A DNA stretch of 32,000 bases, taken from Candidatus Thorarchaeota archaeon (GTDB lineage Archaea > Asgardarchaeota > Heimdallarchaeia > Hodarchaeales > Hodarchaeaceae). A program made the translations under genes and the position numbers. Every line of letters begins with the position of its first letter. Position 1 is the stretch's first letter. The notes under the pieces were generated by a model, which saw nothing but the letters and a program-made list of their open reading frames with translations, ran no database searches and had not been told where the DNA came from. This document shows, piece by piece, positions 26,103 through 32,000 of the stretch. The stretch spans positions 210,001 through 242,000 of the forward strand of contig JBHLRO010000001.1 in the NCBI GenBank assembly GCA_048882505.1. Reading direction: 5' to 3'.

Positions 26103-27755
26103 TCAAGGATCAAAGAAGTGTTCCATTTGTTCCTCAGACATACCTTCAAGTTTTTTCCGAAAATCCTCTCTTGAGGATCCCTCGACTTTCCACTTGGTAC
26201 TCATTGATAGTTCATTGTAATCCAAGACATCCATAGCCGTTGGTGCCTTTATAGCATCTCCAAACATAAGAACAGTCCTGACAGGCATGGCCTTTACAAT
26301 TGCCTTCCACGCTGCAGGATCAACTGGCCCTGTCAGGGCTCCCACAATATCCTTAGGATCAGTTAGGGAAAGGACGAATCGATTAGCCAACTGAGACAGG
26401 ATCTCAGTATCAATTTTCGAAGGACGCTGGTCAACCATCGCTAATACAAGGTTGAATTTTCGCATTTCACGAGCAAGACGATCAAAAATTGTATATCGTG
26501 CTACCGACGGTTCTAAGAATTTGTGAGCCTCTTCTAATAGTACTACTAAATGAGGAAGATCTGAAGCCTCATCAGATCGACTGTAAAGATTATACAGACG
26601 TCTAGATATAATATTGGCTACAAAAACGTAAGCAAAATGATCTCCACCATATTTACCAAAATCAATGACAATACTCTGATTGCTCTTTATATAACCGATA
26701 AGGTTATTGAGGGTTCCTCTACCGGATTCTACCACGAATTCTAGTCGATTAAGCCTTCCCATACGTCTAGCAAGTGCATTCAAGGTGTTGACGGTTGAAC
26801 TATACGGATTCTCCTCAAGGAGGGGTGCAGATCGAATAGCATCCACCAAAGATTGGTTCCCCGCTCTTTTTGAATCTATTTCGAAGATGGCATCTACCAT
26901 GGAGGGGGATAGATCTTGAAACACCACTAGTAGATCATCGGACGTAATTTCATCTTCCCCAATTAACAAATCCGCATCTCCCACTCTTGTTGCCACTGGA
27001 TCAAGTCTGATTAGCGTTACCTGATCTTCAAAGAAAAACTTCAACCCGGGGGATCGATCGGCTCTGGAACGCCAACCGTACTCCGACTGCATATCGAAGA
27101 CCAAAACCTGAGAAACACCAGTAAATAAAATGTTTCCTAATATTATTTTGTTTAAAAAGGTTTTTCCAGAGTGGGTTCGTCCAAATATACCAAATGGTAC
27201 TTCGATGAGCGTTTTAAAGTCAATAGGTATTTCAAACTTAGGAACCCCTCTCAGTGTGCCTATTGTCTGATGGAGTTCCGGTCTATCTGCAATATAAACT
27301 TGATTTACATCTTCCTCATTAGCTAAACGGCCCGAAGAGAAATAGGGTGGCAAAGTTTCAAACTGATATGTTTTTCCACTAGTTTTCTCTATCATTAAAA
27401 GGCATTGGAGCATTGCAGTACTAAAAAAAGTACGGCCCCTCGCTGTTTCAATCATACTACTGGGAATAGTACTTCGGAGTCTTTCAGCATTGGCCAGCAT
27501 GGTTACTGCATTGCTACCTGGGAAGCAAATGTCCGAAAGCATACAATAAAAATCAAATTTTTTTCCCTCGACCACAACTGGGTATCCTATTCTCACCTCT
27601 TCGCTGTCCTCTTTCAATTTAAGTTCAATTGCCCCACTGACGGCTCCTGAGATAACCTCTCCAAGAACAGCGTTTTCAGATGATTTAGGATCCGAACTAA
27701 TCATGTTTCCGTTTTCAATACTGTCGGATGAAGGGTCGCCTTTCAGAATATTCAC
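26103..27755 (-). CDS. herA: HerA-family ATPase/translocase with N-terminal HAS barrel
   Basis: N-terminal beta-barrel (LGEVISG..GYPVVVEG), IFGRTHSGKT, VFDMQSEYGW, Walker B VLLEEAHKF, arginine finger AREMRKF, DQRP, SQLAN, FGDAI. Confidence 0.9.
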   Translation of the reverse strand: MNILKGDPSSDSIENGNMISSDPKSSENAVLGEVISGAVSGAIELKLKEDSEEVRIGYPVVVEGKKFDFYCMLSDICFPGSNAVTMLANAERLRSTIPSSMIETARGRTFFSTAMLQCLLMIEKTSGKTYQFETLPPYFSSGRLANEEDVNQVYIADRPELHQTIGTLRGVPKFEIPIDFKTLIEVPFGIFGRTHSGKTFLNKIILGNILFTGVSQVLVFDMQSEYGWRSRADRSPGLKFFFEDQVTLIRLDPVATRVGDADLLIGEDEITSDDLLVVFQDLSPSMVDAIFEIDSKRAGNQSLVDAIRSAPLLEENPYSSTVNTLNALARRMGRLNRLEFVVESGRGTLNNLIGYIKSNQSIVIDFGKYGGDHFAYVFVANIISRRLYNLYSRSDEASDLPHLVVLLEEAHKFLEPSVARYTIFDRLAREMRKFNLVLAMVDQRPSKIDTEILSQLANRFVLSLTDPKDIVGALTGPVDPAAWKAIVKAMPVRTVLMFGDAIKAPTAMDVLDYNELSMSTKWKVEGSSREDFRKKLEGMSEEQMEHFFDP

Positions 27756-27762
27756 TGCCTTT

Positions 27763-28806
27763 TTACCGAGTTATGGTGTCTAAATGTCTATGAAATGGAT
27801 CTATCGTCATATTTTCATATGTAATGAGATTTTTGAAAAGGGCTTCTTCATTAACCCCCAACTGAAATCCTACTTCAACCAACTCATCATTGTACATCTC
27901 TGGAACTCGTCTTAGAAGAGTTGCTATATTATGTGCGTCAACGAGAGGAAATGGGTATCCTGGAATGCTGTCTACCTTTGAGTAGTATGCTAAATGAGAG
28001 AAAATATCATCCAGTTTTTCTTTACCAGTTATGGCTATGTCCACTCGAAAGACTTTGATAGGGTCTTCATGAAGCTTGGCTAGAAATCCCTTACCAAGAT
28101 TGGGATAAACCTGTTTCTTCTCTGGTACTTCCTCAATCCTAGTATAAACCATCCTAGGATCATCCTTTACCAGTTCCCGAAATACAGCTTCATCAGTTAA
28201 AGTGTTAGCAAATTTACGAGCAGTGCTTCTTTTCGAGATGCCAATTAAAACATGATTCTTGTTTTTACAGGTGGTTAACAGTTCTTCGGCGGCTTTTTTG
28301 ATTTCATCAACTTGAACATATGTTAATGCCCCGTCCATAGCCACGATTGCATCAGAGAACTTTTCGGCTGCTTGTGTTGCAGTATAGAACTCTTCGATGT
28401 TTCTCAGTTGGTTTAAGATGCCCAAGGACCTTTGTTTTCCCCCTAGTGTTCGAGAAATCTCTTGATGGAGAATCCGATAATCTTGGTCAAAATTTAGGAG
28501 ATCCGGGTTATTCGGAGCTATCAAGAAGGCTTTGTCATGAAATTGATGTTCGTCCAAAACGAGCATATCAGATACCGTATCATAATCATAAACCACCACA
28601 GCAGTTCTGACAACCGCGATCCGTACATCTAGGTCCGCATTATACCAAATCCATCTGTTTGAACCGTCAACCGCTATCATTTTTGGTGGTGGGTCTCCGT
28701 ATGTGAACTCATGAAACTCTTGAGGAGCGTTGCGCTTGATATCCTGATTTGCGGAATTCTGTGAGCTCTGGATATGGGAAAGAAAGAGCTCGAACTGTTT
28801 TCTCAT
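27763..28806 (-). CDS. nurA: NurA 5'-3' nuclease (RNase H fold)
   Basis: IAVDGS, R..EE, AMDGAL, IGISK and GYPFPLVDAHN motifs, with the catalytic Asp/Glu/His positions intact. Located immediately upstream of herA. Confidence 0.88.
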   Translation of the reverse strand: MRKQFELFLSHIQSSQNSANQDIKRNAPQEFHEFTYGDPPPKMIAVDGSNRWIWYNADLDVRIAVVRTAVVVYDYDTVSDMLVLDEHQFHDKAFLIAPNNPDLLNFDQDYRILHQEISRTLGGKQRSLGILNQLRNIEEFYTATQAAEKFSDAIVAMDGALTYVQVDEIKKAAEELLTTCKNKNHVLIGISKRSTARKFANTLTDEAVFRELVKDDPRMVYTRIEEVPEKKQVYPNLGKGFLAKLHEDPIKVFRVDIAITGKEKLDDIFSHLAYYSKVDSIPGYPFPLVDAHNIATLLRRVPEMYNDELVEVGFQLGVNEEALFKNLITYENMTIDPFHRHLDTITR

Positions 28807-28869
28807 GATTAAATCCCCTAATTATTGAGGGCAATTATTCTTTATCTTACCTAAAGCTTTCTCTGGATC

Positions 28870-28877
28870 TTATAAAA
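28870..28877 (-). promoter_or_regulatory. Candidate TATA box (TTTTATAA) for the nurA operon
   Basis: About 64 nt upstream of the nurA ATG, in the divergent intergenic region. Confidence 0.35.
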
Positions 28878-28940
28878 GTATGCTACAGTCTTTTCCAAAT
28901 TACGCTGGAGTAATTCTCAAAAAAAACGACGAATTAAGGA

Positions 28941-28980
28941 GTAATTAACCTTTATTTAGGTGTCTTAAATAAGGGATTAC
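28941..28980. repeat. Imperfect inverted repeat in the divergent nurA / dehydrogenase intergenic region
   Basis: CCTTTATTTAGG-TGT-CTTAAATAAGGG (28949-28975) gives 12 pairs, two of them G-U. It is flanked by GTAAT/ATTAC. Confidence 0.5.
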
Positions 28981-29230
28981 TCGTTTCATCATCCTATTAG
29001 AATAGGGCACAATTAGAGATAAAATCGATTGGATGCTAATTTAAATCATGGGATTTTCTGTTAATGCTCACCTCTTAATGAGGATACGGACTAGATCAAA
29101 GATGACACGAATATGATGGTCTAAAGCATTCCATCTGTTATCACTAAGAAAGGTGATACTTCAAATATCTGAAAGTTCAATCAAGTATGTCTTGTGAAAA
29201 ATCTGGTTACGGTACCCTGCTATTTATCTT

Positions 29231-30262
29231 GTGAATCAAAAAAGTAAATTGGTGATAACTCTGGTTATCAAGGTTCTACTTGCTTATGGGGTTCGGCCCG
29301 AGTTACTCGAACTTTATCGTAAGCGACTCCCATCAAATGTTGAATTGATTACTCCATCCGATCTGGATTCGAATTGTCTAGAGACCTATGCTTCCGAAAC
29401 AGACATTTTCGTGGGATACAGGGTAACAGAAGGATTTTTGAAAAAGGCCAAGAAGTTAAAACATATTCAAGTGCCATGGACTGGTTCAGAGCATTTAGAT
29501 TTTGACCTACTTAAGCAATATGAATCCATTACAGTTTCTAATTCGCATTCATATGCACTAGCCACTGCAGAACATGCAGTTGCTCTCTTCATGGCAGTAG
29601 CAAAACGAATCGCCATGATAGACGCTAGCATGCGAAGAGGAGATTGGTCTATTCGATATGACAGTGGTTCCAACCTTTGGCTGACCAATAAGGTCCTTGG
29701 AGTTCTAGGATTTGGTCGGATTGGACAGAATGTTGCTCGAATGATGTCTAATGGATTTGACATGCAAGTTCACGCCTTAAAACGCTATCCCGAGAGGATT
29801 CCAGCCGAAGCAATTTTTCATAGGATTTATGGGCCAGACGGTCTAGAAAAAATACTCGAAATATCTGATTATGTTCTAGTATCGTTGCCATTAACTAATG
29901 AGACACGCGGATTACTCGGCAAAGCTGAACTATCCCTAATGAAATCAACCTGTATATTGGTTAATGTTGCGCGAGGCCCAATTATAGAAGAAAAAGTTCT
30001 TTTCACTCTTTTGAAGGAAAATCGAATTGCGGGGGCAGGAATTGATGCATGGTGGGTGTATCCAAAAGACCGGAATCGACCCAAAGATAATTTCCAGAAT
30101 TTTCCATTCCACGAGCTTCCAAATGTCGTAATGACTCCTCATTTGGCTAACAAGACTCCAGATCGGATCAAAATTTCTCTGCGTGATACCATCGAAAATA
30201 TTCTTCGTGTCTCGAGAAATAGACCTCCAATAAATCAGCTTAATTTGGAACTTGGATATTAA
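29231..30262 (+). CDS. D-isomer-specific 2-hydroxyacid dehydrogenase (NAD-binding)
   Basis: PWTG, AEHA, VLGFGRIG (Rossmann), DYVLVSLPLTNETRG, LVNVARG, AGIDAW and MTPH motifs. The true start may be a few codons downstream. Confidence 0.92.
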   Translation: MNQKSKLVITLVIKVLLAYGVRPELLELYRKRLPSNVELITPSDLDSNCLETYASETDIFVGYRVTEGFLKKAKKLKHIQVPWTGSEHLDFDLLKQYESITVSNSHSYALATAEHAVALFMAVAKRIAMIDASMRRGDWSIRYDSGSNLWLTNKVLGVLGFGRIGQNVARMMSNGFDMQVHALKRYPERIPAEAIFHRIYGPDGLEKILEISDYVLVSLPLTNETRGLLGKAELSLMKSTCILVNVARGPIIEEKVLFTLLKENRIAGAGIDAWWVYPKDRNRPKDNFQNFPFHELPNVVMTPHLANKTPDRIKISLRDTIENILRVSRNRPPINQLNLELGY

Positions 30263-30405
30263 TGTGATATGAAATTGAAACGAAGGTGTTACATCAAGAT
30301 GATTGAACCTTTGCTCTTGGATAAGGTATAAAAGAAACTTCAAGAACACGAATGAAGAAGGGGAATATCTCTCCTTGACTCGGGTGAGATGGCTGTTGAT
30401 ACCAT

Positions 30406-30858
30406 CTAGATATTCAATTGGGGATTCTCTTTGAATACTCTGGCGATTACATGTGTATTTGTTCTTTCGACACCGTCTATGTTCATAATTCTTCTCAAAA
30501 TTCCATTGAATTCGTCTCTATCTTTTGCACGTGCGAGAATAAAGTAATCCACCGCCCCTAGGGCCCAATAAACCGCCCATACTCCATTTATTCGTGCAAT
30601 TTGAGAACCTAAATCCTCAAAGCTGGGTCCATGTTTAGCGTATACTTGTATTATTGCATGAAAATCCATATGGAGCTTGATCGGATTTAAAATTGCTGAA
30701 TATCCCTTGATTATACTCTCTTTTTCCAAACGTTTTACTCGATAATGAATAGTCGAGACTGGAGAACCGACCGAGTCGGCTAGCTCATGCAAGGAATGTC
30801 TGCAGTCATTTTGAAGCTCTCTTAGAATTTTAAAATCTAGAACATCGAGTTTGGTCAT
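30406..30858 (-). CDS. Lrp/AsnC-family transcriptional regulator
   Basis: LDFKILRELQNDCRHSLHELADSVG.PVSTIHYRVKRLEKESIIKGY HTH, followed by a RAM domain (GAVDY, GVERTNT). Confidence 0.93.
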   Translation of the reverse strand: MTKLDVLDFKILRELQNDCRHSLHELADSVGSPVSTIHYRVKRLEKESIIKGYSAILNPIKLHMDFHAIIQVYAKHGPSFEDLGSQIARINGVWAVYWALGAVDYFILARAKDRDEFNGILRRIMNIDGVERTNTHVIARVFKENPQLNI

Positions 30859-30970
30859 GTCTGGTTCACGCTCCTTATAAGTCTCCTGCTGATAAACTAT
30901 ATCTACGGGTTTAATGAACTTAAAATTTTTATTTTTCTTTGCACACTGGCGTCAGATTTGATAACAAGCA

Positions 30971-32000
30971 TTAGGACAGATTCGGTGACACATCGTGGAT
31001 AGATTTCGTTTCAAGCATCATTATTGAATGTACGAGTTCCTTCACTTTTCGCTTTGGAATGAATTGTGAACCTGTACGAAGTAAATTCTCTTTTACCGAA
31101 TCAATTGCCAATGAAGGAAATTCGTCACCCTCAATCTTATATTTGCTTCCATTCTTCATTACGATTTCAATTGAGTTTGCGAAGCCTTCCATTTTTTCAT
31201 TGGCTTCGAGGTTGATTTTGGAAGCTATCGCACCGACTCTCCTATCGTGATAGTGATTTACTGTTTGTGGGGAAACGTCCCTATATTTAAGAGCGATAGC
31301 GCCTGCGCATGGCAATGACTTATAGGCTTGGTTCTTATTTACAAACGGCCCTTTATCGGCAATGTTCGTTTTAAGAGGGCCATCGGTAACCCTGGGGCCA
31401 GCAACTATCCGTACACTGTTGATTTCCTCAAAATTTAGATCATTTTGATTTGCTAATTTTACTATATTATTAATGACAGGCAAAATAGTAGTAATCACAC
31501 TGTAGGGCTTCAGAATAACCTTTGTAGTGTCGTAATTTCTTCCCAGATTCTGGGTCAGTTCATCAAGACCCTCCGGATTAACGTCAAGATAAGCCCTGAA
31601 GAATCCCCTATCTCCTTCAAAGGATTTAAGCGCACCGCTGCTACCCTTTCTTGCAATCAGAGCAGCCATCACCCCATTCTGTGCGGCAAGTCCACTTGTA
31701 AAAAGCCACTCCGATGTACCTTCTAACCAACACTGCATCAATCCAGAAGCTAAATTTGTAGCTAACGCTAGAGCATCCATGGTTTCTTCCAAATTCAGCT
31801 TCAAGATTTTGGCTGATGCAGCCGCGGTCCCAATAATCCCATAGATAGTGGTTCCTCTCCAACCACGTGGCCCGCTATAAGGTGCACAAATGTTTCCGAG
31901 CTGTAGATTAACCTCATACCCAGCAGTAATTGAAGTCAAAATATCTTTACCGTGTCTTGATTCTTGCTCTGCTAGAGACAGAACGGCAGGTATAACATGA
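30971..32000 (-). CDS. MmgE/PrpD family protein (2-methylcitrate dehydratase-like), 5'-truncated by the window edge
   Basis: The frame stays open past 31939 to the edge (HVIPAVLSLAEQ..HGKDILTSITAGYEV). Contains RGWRGT, G.AAQNGV.AA..A..G, FEGDRGFF and LKPY motifs. Confidence 0.88.
   Translation of the reverse strand, partial: HVIPAVLSLAEQESRHGKDILTSITAGYEVNLQLGNICAPYSGPRGWRGTTIYGIIGTAAASAKILKLNLEETMDALALATNLASGLMQCWLEGTSEWLFTSGLAAQNGVMAALIARKGSSGALKSFEGDRGFFRAYLDVNPEGLDELTQNLGRNYDTTKVILKPYSVITTILPVINNIVKLANQNDLNFEEINSVRIVAGPRVTDGPLKTNIADKGPFVNKNQAYKSLPCAGAIALKYRDVSPQTVNHYHDRRVGAIASKINLEANEKMEGFANSIEIVMKNGSKYKIEGDEFPSLAIDSVKENLLRTGSQFIPKRKVKELVHSIMMLETKSIHDVSPNLS

Noticed and set aside
341-31862. 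The many 60-150 aa ORFs in the track that overlap long genes (for example 341-574, 8612-8887, 9443-9727, 15189-15620, 23263-23715, 29945-30349, 31641-31862)
   Set aside because: They are antisense or alternate-frame shadows of well-supported CDSs, with no recognisable motifs or ribosome-binding sites.
29231-32000. 2-hydroxyacid dehydrogenase / Lrp / PrpD cluster as a novel pathway
   Set aside because: These are common families with intact standard motifs. Substrates cannot be inferred from sequence, and the prpD context lies outside the window.

Overview
A gene-dense archaeal chromosomal window with about 21 CDSs; both end genes are cut by the window edges. An HMf-type histone, GGTG/GAGG ribosome-binding sites, TATA-like boxes and a large membrane subtilase with a cytosolic zinc-ribbon tail suggest an Asgard-type archaeon, but this is inference only. 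I found no rRNA, tRNA, CRISPR array or IS element. Ordinary metabolic genes: penicillin acylase-like Ntn hydrolase, MtaD-like amidohydrolase, class V aminotransferase, NMNAT-like adenylyltransferase, 2-hydroxyacid dehydrogenase, Lrp/AsnC and MmgE/PrpD. Most interesting: (1) a tightly coupled five-gene operon nurA-herA-mre11/sbcD-rad50/sbcC-DUF1998 (Hrq1/MrfA/RecQ4-like) helicase, whose Rad50 has no cysteine in its coiled coil and so no zinc hook, and whose components carry bacterial-type signatures; (2) a 1246-aa membrane subtilase resembling eukaryotic Site-1 protease (MBTPS1) in architecture, just upstream of an NfeD-flotillin pair; (3) a 5.5-kb block with a histone, a dead Mrr-fold protein, a degenerate LarE, a tandem winged-helix protein and an AAA+/REase-fold/wHTH fusion; (4) a PncC/CinA homolog lacking its catalytic Ser, coupled to the NMNAT; (5) a polytopic membrane protein with NLP/Vps62-like motifs split by TM helices. 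All family assignments come from motif recognition by eye and from recalled reference sequences; no database search was run.
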